Shown: in pieces, positions 36,586-47,781 of the stretch
How the letters are laid out: each line of letters opens with the position of its first letter
Numbering within the stretch: position 1 is the first letter of the stretch
Origin: Neodothiora populina
Taxonomy: Eukaryota
DNA: 64,000 bases
Direction: 5' to 3'
Assembly (NCBI RefSeq): GCF_041146345.1
Contig: NW_027191417.1
Span: forward strand, 1,054,001-1,118,000
The notes under the pieces: generated by a model
The model's database searches: none
What the model was told of the DNA's origin: nothing
What the model saw: the letters and a program-made list of their open reading frames with translations, nothing else
Program-made: the position numbers and the translations under genes

Positions 36586-39559
36586 ATGGACATGACAGCC
36601 GCGGCACAGCGGTCCGGCAACAACTCGCCTAGGAAATCGTATGGCGTGCTCAGGTCCATCATCCCAAACAAAGATAACCAGCGATCAGACATTCGACAAC
36701 TAGGAGGAAACGAAATGGGATACATGTCGAATCCGGATCTTCAGGGTGTCAGCGTGCCCTTATTGCCAGCCCACGAGACATTCGCTCCACCACCAAGGAC
36801 AGGCACAGGAGGCACCGAGGATCCTAGAGTCGGACGACCATCTTCGATATCAAAGGAGAATCCAGTTCCGGAAAAACACAGGCGGTCCAAGAGTACGGTG
36901 TCACTGAAGTCACTGGGGAGATCGAAAGACAAGGACGGCGAAGAGAAAAAGGAAAAGAAGAGTCGCAGGGACAAGCAAGCAATAGGAGATGGCGACGACA
37001 ACAACAGCCGCAGGAGATTCAAGAAAACAAAGTCAACGACCAGTCTTCGTGGCCTCTTCACCAAGAACAGATCGTCCAAAGATCTGAGCCAGTCTCAGGT
37101 TCAGTACGACAAAGAGAACCTTACTCCATCTCCAGTTTCTGCGCAGCCAGTCGATACTCCTATATGGTCACAATTCGCCACAGCCCCAATTTTACCGTCA
37201 CCTGTGCTGCCTTTGCTCGATATTGATACTACCCCGGTCGAAGCAGAAATTGCTAGATATACCCCCGTCAACTATTCCCCCTCAAAGCAAAGAGACTTTT
37301 CCGCCAATGGAGGCCCATCTCTACAACGCCCACCCTCATCAGACCGGCCAACCTCGTCCGGACGCCCAAAGTCCTCATCCCGGCCCAAGAGCGCACTGAT
37401 CCCTGGGACTTCTGCCTTTGTCAGTGCTATCACTGGGAGGCATGGCAACGACAAATCAAGACCAACATCCAAGGACAGTGACCGGGCCAGACCCACTTCC
37501 AGCGGTAGGGACGGAAGGCCGACTTCGAGCAATAGGGACAGCAAATTGTTAACCACGGAACCACAATCTTACACCTGGGCGCAGCATCAAGTGGACAGAA
37601 ATGTTAGCTCTTCCAGCAACGAACAAGCACTCCCAAGTCAGACGCTCAACATTACAAAGCGTGGCTCTCGTGTCATGGCTGCTGTGGCAGCTTGGAATGG
37701 TAAAGCACAAGAGGCAAGCCTTCAGACTCAGGAGCCAACGCTTGACCCGAAGTCGGTTGATGCCGCTTTCGAGGCTGTATTGGTAGGCAGTCCCCTACCG
37801 CCAAAGATCCGTGAATGAGCTAACCCTCGCCCCCTTTCAGGATTCAAGGAATATCCCCGAAAACATGCGACAGCGCATGCGTACATTGACTCTGCGCGTG
37901 AAAGCCGATTTCATTAAACAGGACCGTGGAGCTACTATCCCGACCAGTCCGACCAAGTCAACTTCCAGACAGTCATTGTGGGCTAGTCAAGAGTCTGAGA
38001 GAGCCGCTGCTCCAACCCCACCACCACAGGAAGAGATCATTGTGGCCGAAGAAGCATTGACCGAGACCAAGAAATCACGAGCGAGGAGCAAGACTTTTGC
38101 ATTCAGCAAGAACGACTCCTCGAAGAAGCACAAGGCAGACTCTAGACCGAACTCGATCCACATTCCGAAGTCGACATTCACGGGCACGTCGCCGCTGCCA
38201 TCTCCGAGGACGCCGTCTGGGAACTCGCAACGCGGTCCCCAGCCTGCGGATCCGCAGGAGTTTGTCTGCTACCTCAAGAGTACGCGCGATCCTACTCAAG
38301 TTGAGGTCGGCCGTCTGCATAAACTGAGACTGCTCTTGCGTAATGAGACCGTGGCATGGGTGGACTACTTCATATCTCTCGGCGGCATGACCGAGGTGGT
38401 TGACTTGCTCCATCGTATCATGGCCATCGAGTGGCGCGAAGAACATGAAGATCAGTTGCTGCACGAAACCCTTCTCTGCTTGAAAGGGCTGTGCACAACA
38501 GAGGTTGCCCTAGCCAAGCTGGAAGACGTTGCAGATACTCTTTTCACCAGTCTGCTGGCGTTGTTGTTCGACGAGGAGAAAAAGGGACCGAGCGAGTTCA
38601 ACACCCGTGGCATCATCATCAATGTGATCTGTAAGTTTGACCTCGGGCCAAAGCGCTTGACGTTTTTGCTGACAAAAAGGGTAGTTGCGCACTTGAGCGC
38701 AGCGTCTGAGCGAGGTCCCGAAGCACTGGCTCGACGCGCACGATCAGTGTTGAAGTATCTCTGCGGCCCGAAGAAACCTGAAGACGCACAGCCAGTCTCT
38801 TTCGTCCTGGAGATGCACAAGCCACGACCATATAGAGTATGGTGCAACGAAGTGAACAATGTGACCAGGGAGGTATTCTGGATCTTCCTGCACCACCTGA
38901 ACGTAATTCCCTTGCCCCAAGCCGGAGACGACATGGAGAACCAAGCAAGAACGGATAATGGCAACAACGAGAATCAAAGCAGGAGCAGAGGCCAAGACTC
39001 TAACCCACCCCATTCTCGGTCGCAATCATATGCCAAACGCCACTTCCCAGGAGATCGCCCACCAGTGCCAGCAGCGCCGTATATCGGAGGTGTAGAATGG
39101 GACGCAACGACCTACATGACAGCGCACCTGGACCTTCTCAACGGCCTTGTGGCTTCTCTCCCCACGCGACAAGAGCGCAACACGCTCCGCAGCGAGCTCA
39201 AAGACAGTGGCTGGGAGAAAGTCATGGGCGCCACGTTGCGCACGTGCAAAGAGAAATTCTACTGCGGCGTGCACGGCGGCCTACAGAGCTGGATCGCGGC
39301 CGCGCTCGAAGACGACTGGGATATAGAGTATGTGAGATACGGTCCTACGCAGGAGGAAGCGGCGGCCATGAGTCCAAGAAAGAGTCCCAAGAAGACCGAG
39401 CCGCCACCGCAATTGGCTGTTCCGGTTCTCGACATTCCGAAGTTGAGTATCGGTCTTGGAGGCGCGAGTGGGAGTCTTGGCGATGGACTAGCAGGCGGCA
39501 CATTGATGACGACAAAAGAGGGTGCTGCTGGTGATGATGATGATGGATGGCTGATGTGA
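36586..39559 (+). CDS. Formin-type GTPase-binding-domain (Drf_GBD/armadillo) protein lacking FH1/FH2, Rid1-like
   Basis: Intron 37783-37840 joins DAAFEAVL|DSRNIPENMRQRMRTLTLRVKADFI. LHKLRLLLRNETVAWVDYFISLGG and EHEDQLLHETLLCLKGLCTT are GBD-like. Probable second intron 38631-38684. Confidence 0.85.
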
Positions 39560-40128
39560 AAAGAGGAGAAGGAGAAGGACGGGGGTGCTGTGTGCCGCCG
39601 ATGCCACACACACATACCCTTACACCTTTATTAATGACTTACGATGACAACGTTTCAATTTCTCTGGCTCGCACTATTCCCGACCCTTCTTCTCATTGCT
39701 TCTTGCTTTGCTGCATTCTCTCCTCTTTACCCTCTACACGAGCCTGCGCAGTAATCGCATCGAATTCGGACAAGGATAGTTTTGAGTCTGCATTGAGGGG
39801 CGTCGCAGGCGTCTTCCGGCGTTTGGGTATACTTCGTGTTCCCCTTTTTCCAGTTCAATTTTCATCAAGGAGTAAAGGTGTACACTTAGGGAAGCGAGGA
39901 AGGAACGAAACATATGCACGTGGACTTGCTCCTTCCGTTGATAGGGGAACAAAATTTATTACTTCTATGGGGTTTAGTTATAAACCTTGACCTGATGCGG
40001 GCTTTCTCATATCATCTATGGATGCACCATCTGCTTGTGCAGCGGCAGATAAGTTGAAGTAAAACTCGAGAGATCAGTCCCTCACGCTGAAACAGGAAAA
40101 AGGACGACACTTGAAAGCGGACGAGGGG

Positions 40129-41223
40129 TTACCAACTCGTGAGCTGCCTCACGCGATCAAAGCCGCCTCTCAACTGCCTTTGCGGATCGACCATTTTGCC
40201 TTGCAGAAGAGTATATCTGACCAGGTTCTCGACGTCGGCCGGCTTGATCCTCGCCATCCAAATACACTGCGCGGCCTCTTGTTCCGTCTCTTCTTCTCCT
40301 GCTTGTCCCGTCGCGCCCCGACGGTATATCATGGCGTTGGCCGAGTACTTGTGGCCTCCGACATGGTTGATGAAGTAGATGCCCACGCCGCCGGGTCGCT
40401 CGTCGTCGAGGTCGCGATAGAGACCCATTGGGCGCAAATGGCGCTCGAATTCGCGGCGCAGTAGGGGCGCGGATTGGCCGCAGCGGGCGTCACGCGTGGC
40501 GTGTGAGCAGAGCAGGACGAGGTATTTGTGCGGGCAGTTGCGCATCGTAAGGCCGGCTGGGAGAGTGGTGGGAATGGTTGTCGTTGCGACGGGTTCTGCT
40601 TCTTGATGCGGGTCTGTGTCCCCGTTGGTAGCGTCTGAAGGTGCTTGCGAGACGCGTTTCAGAGGACTGGTGTTTGTGGGTCCTTGGTCGATGCAGGACT
40701 GGATCAGGTCTGGGACGGATGCGGGCGTGACGTTGTCGATATACTTGAATGCGGGTAGGAGAAGCACTGTCGTCTCTGTCGAGGAGTGGTCCGGCACAGG
40801 CATGTTCGAGGCCGAGAGCATCATTTTCTTTAGTGCAGATGGTCAGTTTGTAATCTCAATAAATGTATACTTAAATCATTTACTCACTCCATTCGTGGGC
40901 TGCACTTTGGACTTTCCCACAGCCTGCATGACACTGTCCTTTTCGTCCTGCACATCTCTCACCCAGTCAGTCTTGCCCGTCGCCACGACCATGTGCGTAT
41001 TCCACCCGGTGACATGGCCATATAATTTATCGTCCTCGTCGATGTTGAATTTCCGGGGATAAGTGATGGTGCAGGTCTGGCAATCGTGTAAACAATCCTC
41101 GCCGTCCACGGCCGGGTCGGTCTTGGGGAACAGCTGTGCAGCATCAGACGCTTTCTGGAATCCTTGCCCGGTCGGTTGCGGTGTCAGGAAGCGAGACGAC
41201 AATCCACGCAGTAAGGACGCCAT
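40129..41223 (-). CDS. Sucrase/ferredoxin-like thioredoxin-fold [2Fe-2S] protein, Apd1-like
   Basis: CLHDCQTC, CSHATRDARCG and HVGGHKYSAN motifs. Intron 40887-40828. An in-frame upstream ATG at 41289 is an alternative start. Confidence 0.9.
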
Positions 41224-42094
41224 CTTGGGTTTGAAAGTGGAATTGCGATTGTTATTCTTGCTGCTGCTGCGGACTTGAGAATGCATCATCGAATGGCGTT
41301 GGTGGGGTTTATCAATCTTATAAGATAGACTTTCGCTTTCGTTTCCGCTTCGGCCGAGTTCCGTTTGTGGTCAACCCTTTGAGGATAATATTACTGTATA
41401 TCCGAACTTGTTCAACAGCCACTTTTCTCTCTTGCTTTCGCGGCTATTATACACGGGAGAGAATATCTCAGAGACAGAGAGAGCCGGTCCTTGTCAAGAC
41501 CTTCGACTTGAACTACGTTCAGAAAACATTGCACCATCTTATTGTGATGCCTTCGTCGGAATTCGCATCGGACTTTTCGGTCACCGAGTTGATGTCTTAG
41601 TCCTACACGCTGATTTGATTGCTTACTCACGTACTGTAGACCCCACAATCCGCATCCATTCCTAAGGCAAGGTAAGGTATTCTCGACAAGGCACAATTTG
41701 ACAGCTAACAGTCCTCACCGGCCACCTCGAGAGAGTGATGTAGTCAATCAGGCTTTTGTTGCAAGACACTGACATTGATTGTTCGCTCATACATGGCACG
41801 TCGTGCTCGTGTTATACTGGATCAACCCTCCGTGAGCAGGCGGCCTATTCAGAAGTCTTTAACCCCGACAAAGACCGGGCGGCAGCAGCGGCCGGGATTG
41901 TCAGGAACGCGTGAAGGCTTGGGCGGCCATGCATCTGTCCACCAACCACGTTAATCTCATAGCCACTTATCACAATCTGCTCTCGAGTCAGTAGCGTTGT
42001 CATTGATAAATGACAATCCAAGCTTGTGATTGGTTCGATATGATGCTTACGATGACTTGCTCTTGTAGCCATCGGAGGTATTGAGACCACCATA

Positions 42095-43195
42095 ATGTCA
42101 CACCCTCAATGCATATTCCTTGCAGGAGCCCCAATATCTGCCACTTTGAACTGGTCCGAGTCAGAATTGGAGCAGGACTTCGATCTACGAGTGCAAAGCT
42201 TCTTGAGTCCTCAGCAGAGACAGCCACCGATACCATCCACTCAGATCTCCTCCAATTGGCGGGGCATTTCTTTGAAAGATAAGCTGTTCTATCAGAGCCC
42301 TAACACAAAAGTGCAGCAGCATCGACTCGAGGAGCGACTGACTGGGGAGCTGCTAGACGAGCAAGACGAAGATGACGACGATGACTTCCTCGAGCACTCG
42401 TTCGCTGTGCATGCGGATATCAAATCCTCGGCGTTGACGAGCTCTTCCCATTCGGAAGATGAGGAAATCTCGACTTTTGTTACAGACGACAGTGCGCTCG
42501 ACTCTGACACAACCGTCTTAGCAGATGCTAGCACTCTTTCCAACACAGAAATTCCGCCCTTGATCTCAGCATACCATCAATTTTCCGGGCCAATAACGAA
42601 TATCAGAGCCATGCCAACGGCCGAACATCTGCAGAGACTCCAGCCGCAAACCATGACTGTCAACATCATTGCTGGTGTGATCAGTGTCGCTCCCACCAGA
42701 ACTGTCAGAGTCCGCCGCGGGAACTATGATATGGACATCATAGAGCTGGTCTTGGGGGATGAATCAAAGGCTGGGTTCACCGTCACTTCCTGGCACATGC
42801 CCGATGACTCTCAAAAACGACCTGATCCTCTTCGTGTAACCCTCAGGAGTCTTCGACCGCAGGATGTTGTATTGATCGAACAGCTTGCTCTCAGCTCTTT
42901 CAAAGGCCTGGTATTCGGTCAAAGCCTCAATCGAAGACTATCCAGGGCTATGACTAGGATGACTGTAGTAGTGAAAGCCGAGGCTGTAGGTAAGGATCTT
43001 CCTCCCGAAGATCCTCCCGAACACATGCTCTCTCGCCAGGTGGCAGCGAAATTACAGAGGGCTGTGGACTGGGTTGCGAGCTTCATCGGGCCAACAACTA
43101 AGGGAAGAGGCGAAACACACAGATCTACCGCTGGTGGACACAAGTGGAAACATATTGCTGTCGAGGAAGAATATCTTCCGCCAGACTCGCAGTGA
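42095..43195 (+). CDS. Nucleic-acid-binding OB-fold protein with acidic N-terminal region
   Basis: Intronless 366-aa ORF. PQTMTVNIIAGVISVAPTRTVR, ELVLGDESKAGFTVTSW and LRPQDVVLI..LALSSFKGLVFGQSL form an OB-fold-like pattern. Ends LPPDSQ. Confidence 0.75.
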   Translation: MSHPQCIFLAGAPISATLNWSESELEQDFDLRVQSFLSPQQRQPPIPSTQISSNWRGISLKDKLFYQSPNTKVQQHRLEERLTGELLDEQDEDDDDDFLEHSFAVHADIKSSALTSSSHSEDEEISTFVTDDSALDSDTTVLADASTLSNTEIPPLISAYHQFSGPITNIRAMPTAEHLQRLQPQTMTVNIIAGVISVAPTRTVRVRRGNYDMDIIELVLGDESKAGFTVTSWHMPDDSQKRPDPLRVTLRSLRPQDVVLIEQLALSSFKGLVFGQSLNRRLSRAMTRMTVVVKAEAVGKDLPPEDPPEHMLSRQVAAKLQRAVDWVASFIGPTTKGRGETHRSTAGGHKWKHIAVEEEYLPPDSQ

Positions 43196-43981
43196 TGTAA
43201 AGCACGACATTTATTGATCAAAAAAGCTGGGATCGCGATGAGGAGTAATGTCTATACAGTTCGTGCAAATGTCTACTCATAGTACAATATCTAGTCATTT
43301 ATTGTGGCTATCGACACTTGCTTATTCAGTCGCAGATGACTTGCTTGCGAGATGGTGTACTATCCTCGTCGATGACGAAGCTAGCCCAAAGAGGTTAGAT
43401 CTGTCTATTTGCTCATCGTGCATCTTCAGCATCATGTCTGTTACTTTGTACATCGAATCATGCCGTCAAGCATCGAGTAGGTTTCCACAAAGTGAGTGGA
43501 AGATGTCTTCACTCGGTAAGGAAACTAATAATCGAAATAAAGAGCAATGGTTCGTCTGTTGAAGTATGGTATGTAGGGATATCTTGATGGGGTATCATTG
43601 TCCTTACCCTTCCTAAGGAAGGGAGAAGATCCTTGACTATATACACTAGCTACTCGATCCCCAACCTCCTTGTAGATCTGTCAAGAAGGTTCGAGTCCAT
43701 CCAGCCTTCTCAACATCGTCTGGCTTATGAGATCTGCGCTCAGCTTGTGCAAGAGATCTGACACCTGGACTTATTGAAGCGTGCCATTATTGACGAGGTG
43801 TTGGTTCTCCTTGCTCTATAAACATAAAAAGGATAGAAAAGAAGGTAGAAATCAATCTCATAAGGTGGCCAGCACCGATGATCCAGCACCAAAAGAACGG
43901 AATAGCCCATCAAAACCATATCGTTATCATGACCATCATCATTACCCTTCCCCTCATGAGCCATCACGAAACTTATAAACC

Positions 43982-44761
43982 TCAAGTAATCTTCTTAGCA
44001 ACCCTCGTCGCCACTCTGAATCCCATGCCAATCAACCAAGCAATAGCATCGAACGAGAAACCAATAAGTTTCAATATGACTCTTGTCAACAAGGGTGATT
44101 TGCTCTTTGCTCTTCTTGATGACGGCGGCGGGAGAGCAGGTAATGGCTTTTCGCGCCCTGTTGCTGCTACCGCTGATGACTCCTTGGTGGCGGAGATGCG
44201 CCATTGCTTGAGTTGTGTCTCTTCTGTTCCTCTACCGCCCGGGGGTCCAAAGAAGTAGTATCCTTTGTTCAGTTCGGGATTGTAAGCTGCATAGCTTGCT
44301 TCTCGACCATCTTTCTCGTTCTGGAGCTCGGGCCTGTCTGATGTAATAACCAGAGACTCAATGTCTGAGATCAAGACATGCCGCGTCGTGGGATAGTAGT
44401 GCTGTTTTGATAGCGGTAGGCTGTGGTCATAGACTGGGAATAAGGATCTTTCCTCTCTCGAAGGCAATGGTGGTGGTGGCGCTGTTGCTTTCGCTGCTCC
44501 TGACGACCTAGTCGTCGATCTGATCGTCGTTCTTGAAGTAGGCGAGCCCGCTTGCGAATGCTCGACGATCCCAGGTACAGAATCGAGAAGAAACAACGGT
44601 GTCGGCGATCCAGCTGCTCTCGATGACTTTGGTGATGCAGTGTTACTCGATGGCGTCTTTGGTGATGTCGTCAATGTAGATGTTGGCGACGTCGACCGCG
44701 CACCCTTGAGCATCGCAGGTCTGGGCTCTCTGGGCTCTACAGGGAACAGATGCAGCGACAT
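43982..44761 (-). CDS. Hypothetical Ser/Thr/Pro-rich protein with hydrophobic/amphipathic C-terminus
   Basis: 259-aa ORF with a plausible ATG context and a SLFPVYDHSLPLSKQHYYP segment. No recognisable family. Confidence 0.55.
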   Translation of the reverse strand: MSLHLFPVEPREPRPAMLKGARSTSPTSTLTTSPKTPSSNTASPKSSRAAGSPTPLFLLDSVPGIVEHSQAGSPTSRTTIRSTTRSSGAAKATAPPPPLPSREERSLFPVYDHSLPLSKQHYYPTTRHVLISDIESLVITSDRPELQNEKDGREASYAAYNPELNKGYYFFGPPGGRGTEETQLKQWRISATKESSAVAATGREKPLPALPPPSSRRAKSKSPLLTRVILKLIGFSFDAIAWLIGMGFRVATRVAKKIT

Positions 44762-45924
44762 GTTTCTGGATGTCTTTCTCTATCTTATCTGTGTTCTTTT
44801 TACCATATCCTAAATGCATAGATCCCAACGAACGTGAAAACGAGAGGCGTCTACGGAGTATATATCACAGAACCACACGAGCACCCCCAGACCTACAAGT
44901 CTCTACACCGACAGACAAGGGAATCTGTGATCAACATGCGTTGTTGAAGTGTCGAATTGAACGTCGTATCTAGACGCCCACTATCTCCACAGAAAAGTAA
45001 GGGTGTGTATGTTAAGCGCCCATGTGCTATGCTCTGCTCAGCTCGGCCAGCTAGCTAGGTAGATGGGTAGGTAAGGTAGCCAGCCAGCCAGGTCGTGCCG
45101 TGCCTGCATACGATACAATAGTATGAAATACTGTGCCTGTGACAGCCAGGGAGGATCGTCTATGCCGTCACAATCACACACAGTCTGCTGTCCCGCAAAG
45201 TGATATACCACGCCGTCCCATTTACCATATTCGGCGCAAAGGGGACGTCTACCCGGAGTCGCCAGGGGAGAGGAACGGCGGCTACCTAATCACCCCTAAA
45301 GGAGGCCGTCATTTTCGTTCTCGTTCCCATTGTTTGTTATCCGTCGACACCACCTTCATCATATACCTTGGTGCCGTACTAGTCCTAGCAGTTGCAGCAG
45401 ATGGACAATCACGGCGACAAAAATGCGGCCATGCTTGATAGCCGATGGTCTGATGTGCTCATTAGCGGTGCTTGAGGAGGTATGCATGCATTGTTACCAG
45501 GCACGACTTGCAAATCATGCTGTGTGTGGTCAAGTAGTGCGCCACCAAGTAAGGCTAAGGTGCTGAACACTTTCCACAGCGCGTACGTACAGTACCTTGC
45601 AGAAACGAAAATCAATGTACACAAGGTAAGCTACCTTTGTATGGTCCTGCGCCTCCAGGAGAATCCGTCATACATAATCATACTTGGACAGCCACAAGCA
45701 CGTGGGAATGGAATCATTTCTGGGTACTCCGTAATCGCTAACGACCAAATGAAATGCAAACGCAGTGCTATGGTGGCTACGTAAAACGTCATGTTGTCGC
45801 TTGCTTTCTACTGCTTGCTTCTAACATCGACTGGGTAGCAAGACTTTGCCAGGTCAAGCCGACCAGCGGACTTTTTCCTGGCGCACATCTCGCACAAGAC
45901 TCTTCTGATACAACGAGAATCCAC

Positions 45925-47781
45925 TCAGGCCATTCCACAAAGCAACACCCTCAGGGCCTTCCTCCTCTTACGCCTATGGCTAGGTTTCTCCTCGGCCTTC
46001 CTGGACTCGGTGGTGGTGTCGGTGGCTGAGCTATATCTCTTCTCTTGCTTGAGGATCTTGTTATCCGCAAACACTTCTTTTCTGTGTCTCTCGACTTCTC
46101 TAGGCTGCTCAACAATGGGCTCGTCCTGGGGTTCAATAGACGCCATCACAGGCAAGACAGAACCTGAAGCTAGAATCTCTTTGGATGGAGTGGCAACAGA
46201 GTCTTCTGATGCGCTACCGCTACCGCTCTCGCTCTCTCCTTCTTCGGTCATCTCCTTATCGTAGTCTTGACCATGACTGTTATTCGATGCTGCGGTGGTC
46301 ATCGTGTGTGTACGCATATTCCTGAAGTCGGGGCGAGGCAGCGTTGCTCGATGGATCACGGTGCTGGTCGACTCTGCCCGGGGCCTTCTCCGTCGAGATC
46401 CCGACACACTACGCAGACTCGAGTTGCGGGACATGGCAATGTCTTCTGCCGATGAATTCGCCGGTGCAGAAGCATTCGAAAGTCGTTTCATCGCGGTTGA
46501 GGTGCGGAACATGTGCGCGATACTAGTACTTCTCCGCGGCTCGCCTTCCTTGAAAGCATCATTCGATTCACCTGCAAGTTTGGATGGCGAGACACTGAGC
46601 CTGGTCGAGGGCGATCGCACCATGGAGTCGTCGTAGCGATATCCGGGACTCCAGCCTTCGCGTACGGCGATCCAGACCGCAGTAGCTGTAATCAAGGTCC
46701 GTAGTGCGGGTGTTGTTTGCATGAAGTCTCCTGATATGCGACTTTCTGACTCACCAGGAGGTGAAGCAGAGCCGACTGGGGAGGGCATAGTGTACGAGTC
46801 GTTGATGTCAAGAGTTGTGCTTGTAAGGTTCGCGATGATGGGGTGTCGACGGGAATTGGGCGATATTGTGCTGAAGTTGAACTTCTTCGTTGTTGTATCA
46901 ATGCGCGGACTTTCCACGTCAGTAGCCGACTGACTCCTGCGTGCACGAGGACGCTTCAGCACCCAGCGCACAGTTGTGGTCAGGCCGTGAGTATCTGTCG
47001 AGACGAACTCGTATCCGCCATTAGACGAGGCAAAAGCGTCCCATTCGCTGCCGTCATCCAGGTAAATTTTCGCTTTACCGGATCCTGATCCGTCTCCTTT
47101 GCGGCTTTTGCTGATGACGGCAAGCACATCGCGCGTCTCATCTTCATCACTGTGGTTGGAGGCCTCGTGTTGGTGATATGTCTCCGCTCTAACAATTGCG
47201 AGGTCGTTAGGACTGGGGCCATGCTTTTTAGGAAAGGCCTTCGAGATGGCGCGCGAGAGAGAGGGCGAGAAGATGGCAGAATGGAGAAGCTCGAAGGCAG
47301 GCTTTGGCCTTGCCGAAGCATTGAGAAGATGTAACTGCAGTAGGGGCCTCGATTTGACATGAATCTTTTGACGGGCCGAGGGTTTCGGCGGAGGCTGGAG
47401 GATACTATAGGATGTCCTCGGTTTGGACAGTCGCTTCCGGGCTCGCGGATTTGTGCTGTTGAACGACCCCTCCCTCGATAGATCTCCACTGGCACGAGAC
47501 ATGAGATCCGAGTCGTCGAACATGACCAGATGAGATTTACGGTGAAACGGAGGGGCAAGGTGCTTGACATCTGAAGTGGAGTTCCGCTGCACAGCAGCGC
47601 CGTCGGGTTTCGTGTTGGCATTGTCAGTGTCGGAATCTGATGATGTCGATTTGATTTTCGTTATCGTCGTTGACGGTATGGCTCCGTCTTCGGCTGTTGT
47701 CGACGTGCCTGAGCCGGTCAGGTAGGTCATTAGCATCGAAGGGATGGAGACAGCGAGTCGCTGCTGGGTCTCCATGGCCAA
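45925..47781 (-). CDS. Hypothetical fungal protein, 618 aa
   Basis: Long intronless ORF with a structured core (LLQLHLL..RPKPAFELL, GGYEFVSTD, TTVRWV, KFNFSTISPNSRRHPIIA, LITATAVWIAVREGW) flanked by low-complexity regions. Confidence 0.85.
   Translation of the reverse strand: MAMETQQRLAVSIPSMLMTYLTGSGTSTTAEDGAIPSTTITKIKSTSSDSDTDNANTKPDGAAVQRNSTSDVKHLAPPFHRKSHLVMFDDSDLMSRASGDLSREGSFNSTNPRARKRLSKPRTSYSILQPPPKPSARQKIHVKSRPLLQLHLLNASARPKPAFELLHSAIFSPSLSRAISKAFPKKHGPSPNDLAIVRAETYHQHEASNHSDEDETRDVLAVISKSRKGDGSGSGKAKIYLDDGSEWDAFASSNGGYEFVSTDTHGLTTTVRWVLKRPRARRSQSATDVESPRIDTTTKKFNFSTISPNSRRHPIIANLTSTTLDINDSYTMPSPVGSASPPGESESRISGDFMQTTPALRTLITATAVWIAVREGWSPGYRYDDSMVRSPSTRLSVSPSKLAGESNDAFKEGEPRRSTSIAHMFRTSTAMKRLSNASAPANSSAEDIAMSRNSSLRSVSGSRRRRPRAESTSTVIHRATLPRPDFRNMRTHTMTTAASNNSHGQDYDKEMTEEGESESGSGSASEDSVATPSKEILASGSVLPVMASIEPQDEPIVEQPREVERHRKEVFADNKILKQEKRYSSATDTTTESRKAEEKPSHRRKRRKALRVLLCGMA

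Noticed and set aside
43688..43698. GGTTCGAGTCC, a perfect Pol III B-box / tRNA T-loop match
   Set aside because: The T-stem has a mismatch, and no acceptor stem, D-arm or convincing A-box can be built upstream. It is not a tRNA; at most an isolated TFIIIC site or chance.
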